This document shows positions 48,350-61,572 of a stretch of DNA of 64,000 nt, piece after piece; within the stretch, counting starts at the first letter, position 1, and each line of letters opens with the position of its first letter. The translations under genes were made by a program, and so were the position numbers. The notes beneath the pieces were generated by a model. It did not search any database. It had not been told where the DNA came from and worked only from the letters and a program-made list of their open reading frames with translations. Source of the stretch: Scyliorhinus canicula (lineage: Eukaryota); contig NC_052172.1 in assembly GCF_902713615.1 (NCBI RefSeq), forward strand, positions 13,735,327 through 13,799,326, read 5' to 3'.

Positions 48350-49056
48350 GCTATTTTAAGAGTCCCTGTTTATTTCCAAAGTTGCCTTTTATTTTATTTT
48401 ATTATTTTGGTCTGTAGAGCCACAGTAGGGATGTGCCATTAAGCAGAAGATTCAAATTTAAAACAGCCTGCTTGCCGGGACAATGTGTACCCAGGTTTTG
48501 TATTTTGGAGAGGAAAAACCAGACTACTGAATCAAGTGGATCTTAAGAACCAGCTTTGGAGGGAGTTTGTTTGATTGGTTAACTGGTGGATTGGCCAGGG
48601 ACAGTGTTCTGCCCGACAACGGTCAGTGATTTGCTCCGGTGTGATGCTGACACTTGCTCTCTCTCCTTGAAATGATGCTGGGCCTGCAGAAAAGGTTCAC
48701 ACAACCTTGCCTGAGAAAACCATCTCCAGCCTAGAAGGCAGTAGTATCAAATCGAAGGTCTGAACTTCAGAAAGACATTTACTGGAAGTCAACCCAGTGC
48801 ATCCAAGATCTTTATCCTTTTATATTATTTTCTTTTCCTTTCCACAGCCCTTTCCCCTCTGTGTTGTGTGTGATCTCCTGTTTAATTATAATACTGTACG
48901 TAATAAAAGGTTACTTGTGTTTTAAATGATAAACCTGACGACTGTAGTTGATTGGGATTGAACCAAAGACCTTGATTATTTGAAATAAAATCTAATTTCA
49001 CCTGTGTTGCCACTCTGGGTCAAGTTGACCACGCATCAGCCCAGGGTATTGTGACA
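48350..49056 (+). mobile_element. Solo LTR-like element in TBCB intron 4 (same family as 31017-32423)
   Basis: Colinear similarity to the 31-32 kb copy, AATAAA, terminal ...gtgaca. The left boundary is approximate. Confidence 0.62.
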
Positions 49057-49522
49057 CTTTAAAGTAGCTTTGGTTCCTGTTACATTGCACACTATTGATT
49101 TTGGCTAACCATATTGAGCAACATGACCGCATTTAACTGGGAACATTTGTCTATCAACTATAACACATTATGGTTCTAAACCTGATTGGCCTGTGTATTG
49201 TACCCGTGGGCATTTTCTGGCTTTCTCTAAAGGCCTTGATTGGATACTAACCCCAGTGCCCTTCTTTATTTTGTATTCTGAAAAGTGTTCAAGAAAATGT
49301 GTTCAGATTGTTGATTCCAGTAGAGCAGTTTTGAACATGAGACAGGATCCACGGGCCTATTTGGAGCCCAGCATCTTCACCCAGGAGCCCATTCTGTGCC
49401 TCGTCGTGGGTCTCAGTTGTACGTTTCACTGTCAGCTGAGTGCAGATTCATAATACACATTCACAAGCCCAGCCTGGGTTTACATATTGTCTCAAATGTA
49501 AACAGTAGTTTTTCTTTTTCAG

Positions 49523-49595
49523 GTCAAACAGATTTTAAACCAGGATACTGGATTGGACTGAAATATGATGAACCTTTAGGGAAACATGATGGAAG
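49523..49595 (+). CDS. TBCB: TBCB exon 5 (CAP-Gly)
   Basis: Acceptor tttctttttcag|, peptide [24 protein letters not shown], donor AAG|GTAAAG. 73 nt, phase 1/2. Confidence 0.94.
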
Positions 49596-49742
49596 GTAAA
49601 GCCTGTGATGTGAAATTCAATTGTTGTCACTAATTGGTTATTCACTTGTGCTGAAATAGCATTTTGAATGTAAAATTGTCATAGTCAAATTGCTCTGAGT
49701 TCTTTGCTCATCAGATAACTGCTTTTGTTTTTTCCTCTGCAG

Positions 49743-49860
49743 TGTGAACGGAAAGAAGTATTTTCAGTGTCAGTACAAGTACGGTGCATTTGTGAAGCCA
49801 CAGTCCGTAACAGTGGGAGATTATCCGGAGGAGGACTATGGTCTAAATGATGAAATGTAA
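49743..49860 (+). CDS. TBCB: TBCB exon 6 (last coding exon)
   Basis: Acceptor tttcctctgcag|, peptide [39 protein letters not shown]. The spliced CDS totals 747 nt (248 aa). Confidence 0.93.
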
Positions 49861-51294
49861 ATGCTAATTGTCTACCTCTTGGAAGTGTTGCCACATTATT
49901 TGTGGATTTGTGTCCTGATGATCCTGAATAGAATGATTCCTTCTTGCAGCCACATTCAGGCGATTGGAGTTCCTGAAAATATCAGGACTTTGCTGTTTAT
50001 TTGTTTTGTATGCTCTGCAGATAAGAGTTTGGCCTGTGATATTTGCAAGAGTAATATTCCTAAATTACTAGCTGACACGAGTTGCTTGCAAACCGGCTCA
50101 GAATTTGTAAAGTACAGTGGCTTCAACAACTAGCCACTACCTGAGTCACCGTTGGGATCTCTATGTAAACACTCGAGTAAAAAGTTGCTACACCTAATGT
50201 AAACCATGGAAATTAATATTACATTGCATCAGACCACAGCCATGGCTTAACAATGTCCGTCACTAATTTTATATACATTTATGAAAGAACAGTATTTGTC
50301 CCTTCTGAACCTTGTCTTTTATATTTATGCATTGTGCTCACTAGGGCAGGGGTCTGAGCATTTGACTGCAGTAATCGAACAGCTGCTGATTGTCACAACA
50401 AGAACTTTTAAATAATATCAGCTACCATTTTAACTTGTTTCCTGGGATAGCAGGTCACCACCACGCTTGTTGTTGAATTCTTTTAACTTACTGTGTGATG
50501 CCTGTGGGTGCAATCTCTGTAAGCAAAAAGATTAAAACCTGGCATCCGTCCTGTCTTGATTCTGCTGAGTTATTTATGCAGAGTGCAATGTGACGTCAGC
50601 TGTGTAAAAGGTTAGATGGTAAACATGTCTTATTTTTTACTTGTATTTAAAAGAATGATTTTCTGGTGAGTTTATAACACTTAATTGAGATATAAAGTTT
50701 GCATTATCTTGCCAAACACCCACCTTCATCTACTTGAAAAGAGAGGGCAGTGATTTACTCGTGTGTCATTGAAATGTTGCTTTATTACCAGGGTGTGCAC
50801 GTAACATTTTTGTGTTGAATGAAAAGGACATATTTGTTCCCGCCTTAACTTTATTGTTTCTCGCTGATGATCGCTTAAGTGTAGTGAGGAATTTAACAAT
50901 TAAAATACAGCACTGTTCACTTGTCTCTCTCCACTTTTTTTCTTTCTGGTGCAAATGTTGTAAAAGGAAAAGAAATCTGTTCCAAATCGGTTACTTTATC
51001 AACTAGATGTGTTTGACAATTGGCTGCACTACTAAGATGAAAAAAAAATGAAATGAAAACCACTTATTGTCACGAGTAGGCTTCAATGAAGTTACTGTGA
51101 AAAGCCCCTAGTCACCACATTCTGGCGCCTGTCCGGGGAGGCTGGTACGAGATTGTCCCTGCAGCAAGGTTTAGGCAGACATACACCAATATGTTTTAAT
51201 TTGATGAGATGTAAAAGATAGTGAAGAAATAAAGCATTCTTACCTCATGGAAGCTTTTCATTGCATTCTGATATTAGTTCTTGTGTTGGCCATT

Positions 51295-52035
51295 TGGTTT
51301 GGATTGGATTGGATTTGTTTATTGTCACATGTACTGAGGTACAGTGAGAAGTATTTTTCTGTGAGCACCTCAAACGGATCATTTAGTACATGAAAAGAAA
51401 ATGAAAATAAAATACATAATAGGGCAACACAAGGCACACAATGTAATGTAAATACATAGACATCGGCACCGGGTGAAGCATACAAGAGTGTACTATTAAA
51501 TCAGGTCAGTCCATAAGAGAATCGTTTAGGAGTCTGGTAACAGCAGGGAAGAAGCTGTTTTTGAATCTGTTTGTGCATGTTCTCGGACTTTTGTATCTCC
51601 TGCCCGATGGAAGAAGTTGGAAGAGTGAATAAGCCTTCCACTGCCAGCGCAGAGGCCAGGGAGGGGTCTTTGATTATGCTGCCCGCTTTCCCCAGGCAGC
51701 GGGAGGTGTAGATGGAGTCAATGGGTGGGAGGCAGGTTCGTGTGATGGACTGGGCCGTGTTCACGACTCTGAAGTTTCTTGCGTTCTTGGACCGAGCAGT
51801 TGCCATACCAGGCTGTGGTACAGCCAGATAGGATGCTTTCTATGGTGCATTAGTAAAAGATGGTAAGAGTCAGTGTGGACATGCCGAATTTCCTTAGTTT
51901 CCTGAGGAAATATAGGCGCTATTGTGCTTTCTTGGTGATAGCGTTGACATGGGTGGACCAGGACAGATTTTTGGTGATGTGCACACCTAGGAATTTGAAG
52001 CTGTCGGCCATCTCCACCTCAGCACCATTGATGTG
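51295..52035 (-). mobile_element. Rex1/Babar-type LINE 3' fragment (same family as 14790-15760)
   Basis: Extensive similarity to 14800-15400, with an (atcca)n tail. Confidence 0.8.
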
Positions 52036-52517
52036 TGAACTGTACTTTAGAAGTTTACAATTGATTTTTCTCCACAGTGAAGTACTCATCAGAACTTTCC
52101 TCTAATCAGTTTTTGACATGGGAGAATGGTTCGGGTAGGGTATGAATATACAGAGATCGTTGACTAGAGTAGTACATGGGCAAAATAGAGGTTTCCGTCT
52201 ATAGAGTGTGGTGGCTTGAGAGGAGAGAAAGATCAGCCATTATATTGAGTCTTTTGTAGGCATTGTTATTTTCAGTGGGAGGACCAGAATAGATGATGTG
52301 TGCAGGGAGTGGTCAGCAAGGACTTTTAGAGCAGGCATGTGAGGCTGGCCTCTGCGCTGGCAGTGGAAGGTGACTACAATTTGAGGATAGTGTGTCGCCA
52401 GTGGTAGGGGACTGTTGGGAGGAGTACAGCGGTTGAGGCTGACGGATGTTACTGGGGGTAAGGAGTTCTGGTGAGTTTCACAGCTAGTGCTGTGTTCGGA
52501 GTAGTGAAGGGAAAATT

Positions 52518-53088
52518 AGAACATAGAACATAGAACGATACAGCGCAGTACAGGCCCTTCGGCCCACGATGTTGCACCGACTTGGGAAGTCAAAAACTAA
52601 AGGCCATCTAACCTACGCTATGCCATTATCATCCATATGCTTATCCAATAAACCTTTAAATGCCCTCAATGTTGGCGAGTTCACTACTGTTGCAGGTAGG
52701 GCATTCCACGGCCTCACCACTCTTTGCGTAAAAAACCTACCTCTGACGTCTGTCCTATATCTATTACCCCTCAATTTAAGGCTATGTCCCCTCGTGCTAG
52801 CCACCTCCATCCGCGGGAGAAGGGGACTGTCCACCCTATCTAACCCTCTGATCATTTTGTATGCCTCTATTAAGTCACCTCTTAACCTTCTTCTCTCTAA
52901 CGAAAACAACCTCAAGTCCATCAGCCTTTCCTCATAAGATTTTCCCTCCATACCAGGCAACATCCTGGTAAATCTACTCTGCACCCGTTCCAAAGCTTCC
53001 ACGTCCTTCCTATAATGAGGCGACCAGAACTGTACGCAATACTCCAAATGTGGCCGTACCAGAGTTTTGTACAGCTGCAACATGACCT
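52518..53088 (-). mobile_element. CR1-type LINE 3' end, young copy
   Basis: 156-aa open ORF2 C-terminus LYKTLVRPHLEYCVQFWSPH...RRLRGDLIEAYK, with a (ttctatg)n tail. Confidence 0.92.
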
Positions 53089-54079
53089 AGAAGTAGACTG
53101 TTCAGCCTCCCCTCATAAGGTTCTAGTGACTTAACCATATGGCAAGAAAGAACACTTTAAATGTTGAATTCAGAAAGCCTATTAACCATTGAAAAAGGTA
53201 ACAAGTCAGCCAAGGTGTCAATCAAATGCAATTGGTAAAGCTTAAACTTTTAACAAATGAACAGACATCTCACCACCCTTCTCAGACCAAGTCACAAAGT
53301 AACAACTCTTTAAAAACATCAAAGACTGCTCTCCGCCTCCCCATGAAGACCTCTCTTCTCTGCCTCATAAACATCTCACTCTCCCCCACTACCTACATCT
53401 TTCTCTACATCTTTCTTCACATCCTCTTCTGCCTCTGCCCATCCTTTTTTTAGTAAAATGACTTCTCCAGGTGCTTTTTTTATACCGTAAAACATTGAAA
53501 ACCCACCTTAGCCAGTTTGTTGCAAAAATAGCCAATTGGTCTTTAACTTGTCAATAATAAAATAATAACCCATTGGTTTTTAGCTAATTTACACACACTG
53601 CCTTAGTTTTCTTCTCAAACTACTTCTCTCGAGGTTGGCTTAGATCTCAACCAATAATTGGTCCACATGGCTGTCTGCCACCTGGAATTAAGGGCCTGTT
53701 CCGTTCTCCCCCCAAGTCAAGGTTAACCTTCATATTCTGTCTTTGTGTACTGTGGCCTGAGAAACACATTAATCCTTTCTCTCAAAGCACTTTAAACGTC
53801 TATTAATAATCCAGTGTTAATAAAATGCTTATAATTACAAAAGTCATAAACATTTCTCTTCCAAATTACATTTCCAGCCTTTCTAACATCTATTAACGGA
53901 TTACACAATTAAGGCTGTCTACTTATCTAATCTGGCTGGCTTCCAATCACATTTGTTTCTTTTTTATTAAAATGGCTTCCATCAACTTTAGCAGAAAACG
54001 CTTAAGAACATATTAATTCCAACTACAAAATGATAGTCACACAAAAACTAGTGATTTTCAAACTACCAACAATACTCAA

Positions 54080-55700
54080 TGACAGATTCTTCAGGCCTCT
54101 GGGCTAGAGAATTCCAACGATTAACCCCCCCCCCCCCCCCCCCCCCCCGGTGTAAATATATTTCTCCTCTAATGGAGCCTAAGTAGTTTCCCCCTTAATT
54201 TGAAATTGCACCCCCCTGGTTCGAAACTCCCCAGGCAAGGGAAACAATTTACCTGCATCTACCCTGTCTATTCCTTTTAAGTATTTTGTGGCTTTCGTAG
54301 AGTCTCCAGGACTCGGGGCTCACTACAGTCGTGGGTCTATCAGTAACTGAGGGCAAGTCACCATCCCTAAGGCTGAGGGATGGCCATAGTGTCATACAGC
54401 ACAGAGAGCCCTTTGGCCCATCACGTCTGTGCTGGCTATCAAGCCTATCCAATCCCATTTTCCAGCACTTGGTCTGTAGCCTTGTTCGTTGGGGTGTTTC
54501 AAATGCTCATCTAAATGCTTCTTAAATGTTGTGATGGTTCCCACCTCTACCACCCTTTCAGGCAGAGAGTTCCAGATTCCCACCACCCTCTGGGTGAATA
54601 TGTTTCTCTTCAAATCCCCTCTAAATCTCCTGCCCATTACAGTAATTCTATGCATCCTGGTTATTGACCCCCATCGCTAAGGGGAAAGGTTCCTTCTCAT
54701 CTAGGCAATCTATGTCCTTCATAATTTTGTACACCAGTCAGGTCCCCTCCCAACCTTCTCTGCTCCAAGGAAATCAATTCCAGCCTAACTAGTCTCTCTT
54801 AATGGCCGAAACATTTCAGCCCAAGCAACACCCTTGTGAATCTCCTCTGCATCCTTTCTGGTGCCACCACTTCCTATAGTGTGATGACTAGAATTGTAAC
54901 CATACTCGAGCTGTTGCCTAACCAGTGATTTATACAGCTCCATCATCATAACCCCCCTGCTCTTGTATTCTATGGCTCTGCTAATAAAGATAAGTATCCT
55001 ATATGCCTTCTTGACCACTGTATCCAGCTGTCCTGCTGCCTTCAGGGATCTGTGGACACGCACCCCAATATCATAAGATATCAGAGCAGAATTAGGCCGT
55101 TTGGCCCATTCAGTCTACTATGCCATTCGATCATGGCTGATCTTATCCGGCCTTAATTCCACCATCCTGCCTGTTCTCTGTAGCCCTTCAACCCATTACC
55201 AATTAAAAATCTGTTGAATTCCTCAATTTACTCACTTTCCAAGCATCCACCGCACTTTGGGGTAGCGAATTCTGTGGATTCACAACCCTTTTGGGAGAAG
55301 TAGTTTCTCGTCAACTCTGTTTTTAATTTGGTACCTCTTATCCTCAGGTCCCTCTGATCTTCTTGAACTTCCAGCATCCTACCGTTCATTGTGTGTTTCC
55401 TTGCCTTGTTAGTCTTCCCAAAATGCATCACCCCACACTTTTTGGGGTTAAATTCCATTTTTCTGCCATCCTGTCAATATCGTCCTGTAATCTCAGGCTT
55501 TCCTCCTCGCTTTTTACTGCACTGTATAATTTTGTGAGACATGTTTTGTTTCAGTGAGATCACCTCTCATTTGTCGACAATCTAGAAAACACAGGCTCAG
55601 TTTTCCTGGCCTCTTGATCAGAGCGTCCCGCCATCCCTCGAACAGGTCTGGTGAACCTCCGTTGCACTCCCTGGGCTCTGTGGCAATAAAATTTTTCTGT
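54080..55700 (-). mobile_element. Multiple degenerate CR1 3' fragments
   Basis: Peptides FTQRVVGIWNSLPERVVE, LYKSLVRQQLEY and MEFNPKKCGVMHFGKTN. Confidence 0.75.
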
Positions 55701-56809
55701 TGCAAGGGGACCAAAAGCGAGACACAAAGTGTTCGTTAAGAGCTGTGCCCTCACATACATTACTGTCTTTAATCTGCCCTTTCATTTCCCCTTAGTTTTT
55801 TAAAATATAAATTTAGACTACCCAATTCATTTCCAATTAAGGGGCAATTTAGTGTGGCCAATCCACCTACCCTGCACATCTTTGGGTTGTGGGGATGAAA
55901 CCCACGCAAACGGGGAGAATGTGCAACTCCACACGGACAGTGACGCAGAGCTGGGATCGAACCTGGGATCTCTGCGCCATGAGGCAGTAGTGCTAGCCAC
56001 CGTGCTGCCCTTCATTTCCTCTTAGTTAACCTCTGGCTCATCAGAAAAGATCTTTGGCTTTTGCTGGCTAATAATGTTTTGCTCTCTTTACTTTCCTAAT
56101 TTTAATTTTTTATTTTGCCCTTGCATTTTTTATAATCCTCGATTTTACTGATGATTTCTGGTCGGGAGCATTGCAGTTCAAGGGAAACTGCAGCAACACA
56201 AAGGGCGGCAACTGGTGGAGGTGGGAGGATTGCAACTTGTCGCTGAGCTAGGAGGAACACAATACAATACAATACAATCCTGACAGTGCAGAGGGAGACC
56301 ATTTGGCCCATCGCCTCTACACCAACCCTCTGAAAGAGCACCCTAACTAGGCCTACCCCCCATATCCCTGTAACCCCATAACCCCACCTAACCTTTGGAC
56401 ACTAAGGAGCAATTTATCGTGGCCAATCCGCTTAACATGCACATGTTTGGACTGTGGGAGGAAACCAGAGCACCTGGATGAAACACACTGGTTTAGCACA
56501 GAGCTAAATTGCTGGCTTTGAAAGCAGACCAAGGCAGGCCAGCAGCCCGGTTCGATTCCTGTAACAGCCTCCCTGAACAGGCGCTGGAATGTGGCGACTA
56601 GGAGCTTTTCACAGTAACTTCATTTGAAGCCTACTTGTGACAATAAGCGATTTTCATTTTCATTTCATTTTCACATGCAGACGAGGAGAAAGTGCAAACT
56701 CCACACACTGACCTAAGGCCGGAATTGAATCCAGGTCCCTGCTGCTGTGAGGCAGCAGTGCTAACCACTGTCCCGCCATGCTGCCCCAATGGATCATGGC
56801 GATGGGTGG

Positions 56810-57560
56810 TACTGCGTTCGGAGGACCTGGGTTAATGTAGTGGCGTTAAGAGGACTGGTGTCGGGAGCGGTGATGGGAGGCACTGCACTGGGAGGATCTG
56901 GGTTGATGTAGTGGTGCTGGGAGGACTGGTGTCGCTGGGCTGGCAGGACCTGGGTTAGTATGGTGGGGCTGGGAGGCCTGGCATCGCTGCGGTTGGCGGA
57001 CCTTGGTTGGTGCAGATGTGCTGGAAGGATTGATGTCACTGGGAGGACTGGTGTCGCTGCGCTGGGAGGACCTGGGGTGGTGCTGGGAGGACTGGTGTCG
57101 CTGGGAGGACTGGTGTCGCTGCGCTGGGAGGACCTGGGGTGGTGCTGGGAGGACTGGTGTCGCTGGGAGGACTGGTGTCGCTGTGCTGGGAGGACCTGGG
57201 TTGGTGCAGTGGTGCTGGGAGGACTGGTGTCGCTGCGCTGGGAGGACCTGGGGTGGTGCTGGGAGGACTGGTGTCGTTGGGAGGACTGGTGTCGCTGTGC
57301 TGGGAGGACCTGGGTTGGTGCAGTGGTGCTGGGAGGACTGGTGTCGCTGCGCTGGGAGGACCCGGATTGGTGCAGTGGTGCTGGGAGGACTAGTGTCGCT
57401 GCGCTGGGAGGACCCGGATTGGTGCAGTGGTGCTGGGAGGACTGGTGTCACTGGGAGGACTGGTAACGCTGCGCTGGGAGGACCCGGATTGGTGCAGTGG
57501 TGCTGGGAGGACTGGTGTCACTGGGAGGACTGGTGTCGCTGCGCTGGGAGGACCAGGACT
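56810..57560. repeat. G-rich tandem repeat (ctgggaggactggtgtcgctgcg variants)
   Basis: Direct periodicity with nested higher-order units. Ends just before a strong donor-like GG|GTAAGT at 57566/57567. Confidence 0.88.
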
Positions 57561-57889
57561 TTGAGGGTAAGTCGGAGGTGAATGGACGGGGTATTTGGCC
57601 GCTTCGGGGTGGAATTTGTGGGGTTTAAACATGGGGAAAGGGGAATTTGAAGAGCCGCTGACATTGTGGGCTAAAACTGAGAGGAATTTCCTCCCTGTGG
57701 AAAGGTCGGCGCAAGTTTCTCAACGTCGGGTTACGACGGTTTTGCGCCAAAATGCTCCATGAGCTGAGGGAGGGCGAAGAAATTCGTAAATACAAAATAC
57801 TGTGGATACTGAACAATCTGAAATTCAGACAAAAAGTATCAGCAGGTCCTGTTTTAGGGAGAAAGGCAAAAACGTTTAATATTTATAGA

Positions 57890-60780
57890 GTCATAGAGTT
57901 TTTACAACACAAAGAGGCCCTTCGGCCCATCCTGTCTGTGCCGGCCATCAAGCGCCTATCCTAATCCCATTTTCCGACTCTTGGTCCGTAGCCTATGGCG
58001 TTTCAAGTGCTCATCTAAATACTTCTTAAATGTTGTGAGGGTTCCAGCCTCTACCACCTTGTCAGACAGCGAGTTCCAGATTCCCACCATCCTCTGGGAC
58101 AAAGGGATTTTCCTCAGATCGCTTTGAAATCTCCTTCCCTGACCTTAAATTTATGCCCCCTGGTTATTGGCGCCAATACTAGTTTAAATCCTTCCCATCT
58201 ACCCGATGTGTGTCCTTCAGAATTTGGCACACCTCCATCAGGTAACCCCATCAGCCTTCTCTGCTCTAAGATGAACAACAGCATCCTAACCAGCCTGGCT
58301 TCATAGCTGAAATGCTCCTGCGCAGGCAACATCCTGGTCAATTGCCTCTACCCTCCCTAGTGTAATCACATCCTTCCCATACTGTGGCGACCAGAACTGC
58401 ATACCGTATTCCAGATGTGGCCGAACGAGCATTTTATGCAGCTCCAACATAACCTACCTGCCTTCATAGTCTATGCATTCGCTAATAATTGCCGCCTTAA
58501 CCACCTTATCTACCTGTCCTGCTGCTTTCAGGGAGGGACACACATCACAATTTGCCTCTGTATTTCCTAACGTCCGACAGTTTCTTGTGTTTTCCCTGGC
58601 CTTGTTTGTGAGGTCAGAAATAAGTTTAATAAGGGCAGCACGGTGGCGCAGTGGTTAGCACCGGGACTGCGGCACTGAGGACCCAGGTTCGAATCCTGGC
58701 CCTGGGTCACTGTCTGTATGGAGTTTGCACATTCTCCTTGTGTTTGCGTGGGTTTCACCCCCACAACCCAAAAGATATGCAGGTTAGGTGGATTGGTCAC
58801 GTTAAATTGCCCCTTAATTGGGGAAAAAAAATAATTGGGTACTCAATTTATTTAAAAAAAGAAATAAGTTTAATAATCTTTATTATTGTCACAAGTAGGC
58901 TTACATTAACACTGCAATTAAATTACTGTGAAAAGCCCCTAGTCACCACATTCCGGCGCCTGTTCAGGTACGCAGAGGGAGAATTCAGAATGTCCAATTC
59001 ACCTAACAGCATCTCTTTACGGACTTGTGGGAGGAGACCGGAGCACCCGGAGGAAACCCACGCAGACACGGGGAGAACGTGTTGACTCCGCACAGTCAGT
59101 GACCCAAGCCGGGAATTGACCCCAGGACCCTGGCACTGTGAAGCAACAGTGCTACCCACTGTGTTACCTTGCCGTCCTGTTTAACTGTCTCCTACACATC
59201 CCGAGTATTTTCTGTTCTTCTGCCAAAGAGAAATACATGGGATAAAGTTGAAGGAAAGGGTTCTATCACATTCCTCAGGGCTTGCAACATATTTCACACC
59301 TGCCTCCCCTGTAAAAGCATTTCTACTTCTTTATTGCAGTTTCACAAGCCATCTGTCCCTGAATTTGGACTCACCTTTGTCTGTCTTGGGCAGCCGAACG
59401 GGGGTTCAGTGGGCTGCCTCCTGATGCGCAGGATTGTGGGTTTTGAGTGAAGCCACAGAGATGTGTCTAGGTGGACACGTCTGTACAATATTGTTTCAAC
59501 TGAGGTGATGCCTGTAATCTCGGTTGGAAACATGGAAAGTTTACACAATAGAAGAAGGCCATTCAGACCATTGTGTGCCAGGCAAAGGGCAGCCACTGAG
59601 TATAAGTTCAGTTTGCCAGCTCTTCGTTCGCAGCCCTGTATTTTGCAACATTACACGCATATCTGAATATTTCTTACAGGTACTGAGGATTTATGCCTCA
59701 ACCACCATTTTCAGCCAGTGACTTTCAAATGTCCTCATAGAAGCCCCACAGTGCAGAAGGAGACCATTCAGCCCATCATGTCTGCTCCCACCCTCGGAAA
59801 GAGCACTCGACCTAGGTCTACCCCCCCCACCCACTCCGTCCTTTTTCCATAACCCCGTAAACTAACCTGACCACAATGTGGCAGCTTAGCATGACCAATC
59901 CACCTAAGCTGCACATCTTTGGACTGCAAGAGAAAACCTGAGTACCCGGAGGAAACCCACGCAGACACGGGGAGAATGTGCAGACTCCACACCGGCAGTC
60001 ACCCAAAGCCGGAATTGAACCCCGGTGCCTGGCCATATGAGGCAGCAGTGCTAACCATCGTGCCGCCCATTCTCTGGGTGAAAGAATTTCTCAACTCCCC
60101 TCTAATCTTTCCACGAAATACTCTAAATCTATGTCCCCTGGCTATTCTCTCTGATCTATCCACTCTATCGACGCCATCATCATTTATACACCTCAATTAA
60201 ATCACCCCATAGTCTTGTCTTGTTCCGGAGACAGCAACATCAGCCTATCCGATCACTCCTTTAAAGTGTCCATTCCTGGCAACCTCCTCATAAATCCCTG
60301 CTTTACATTTCCTGATATGAGCACATTCTTCTGGTAATGCAGTGACCAGACCTGCGCGCAGCACTCTAGCAGTGGTTCCATACAGTTGAGCATTGCCTTT
60401 CTGCTCTCGAGGTCAGTGCCAAGGACAATTGTCCATTTGTCCTCTTGATCACCTGATCGATCTGTCCTACTACCTTCAGGGAAATGTGGCCATGCAGCCT
60501 GCTCCTGTACACTTCTCGGTATCCTGATGTCAACTGTGTACTGTATTCCCCTTGGCATCGTTTGTCCTCCCGGAATGGGTTATTCCCGCTTCTCCAGATC
60601 AAATTCTACAAAAGATCCCGTGCTACTATTTGAAGAGTTTTCTCCCCCCTCTCCCGCCACCAGACAATATTTTTTAACCAAAACAGATTATCTGGGAATT
60701 ATCACATTAGCTTTTTCACGCAGTGAGTGGTTAAAGTCTGGAATGCGCTGCCCCAGAGTGTGATGGAGGCAGATTCAATC
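57890..60780. mobile_element. Mosaic of CR1 fragments and SINEs (SINEs at ~58633-58860 +, ~58875-59170 -, ~59740-60070 -)
   Basis: CR1 3'-end motifs and V-SINE sequence. Boundaries are approximate. Confidence 0.72.
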
Positions 60781-61572
60781 AGAGCACTCCCAATGGGATT
60801 GGATTATTAGGTAAGAAGGAGGAACACACAGGGCTACAGGGAGAAGACCAGGGAGGCACGGGTGCATTTGCTCGCCAGGGAGAGTTGGCACAGACGCGAT
60901 GGGCCATTGTAACAATCCTGTGCAGTTCGTGTGACCTTGCTGTGTGCCAATTGGCTACCTTGCTTCCTACACACAACAGTGACTCCGCTTGTTAAATACT
61001 GCATTGGCTGTGAAGCCACCTGGGAGGACCTGTAGCTGTGAAAGGCGCTATATAAATGCAGTCCTTTACTCCTTGAAGGAATTGCAATTTTGACTTGTCA
61101 GCTGAGTTGTATTTTCGATGGCCCCAGTACTTTGTTTCCATCTGCACCCTCGAATTGGTTAAAACTACTTTCGCGAGCCCAGTTCCCTGTCTTGAAAATG
61201 AAAACAAAATATCGCGGATGCTGGCAATCTGAAATAAAGGCAGAAAGTGCTGTGGAAAACTCAGCAGGCCCGGGAGCAGACATGGGGAGAATGTGCAAAC
61301 TGCATATGGACAGTGCCCCAGGGCCGGGATCGAACCCGGGGCCCCAGCACCGTGGGGCAGCGGTGCTAACCACTGCACCACCGTGCCACGTGCCGCCCCC
61401 TGGAACTCTCATATAGGTTTTACATTTCATAGATCCATCGATGTTTACCGCTCAGAAGGAGGCCATTCGGCTCATTGTGCCCATGCTGGCCTACATTTTC
61501 AGTGGGAATTAAACGCAGCGAGTGCCATAACATTATTTGTGTTTTTTGAACAGATTCAGGTAGACCACCACC

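Noticed and set aside
53090-54080. AT-rich unique segment, possibly a reverse-oriented LTR
   Set aside because: There is no second copy, clear terminus or TSD in the window to support the call.
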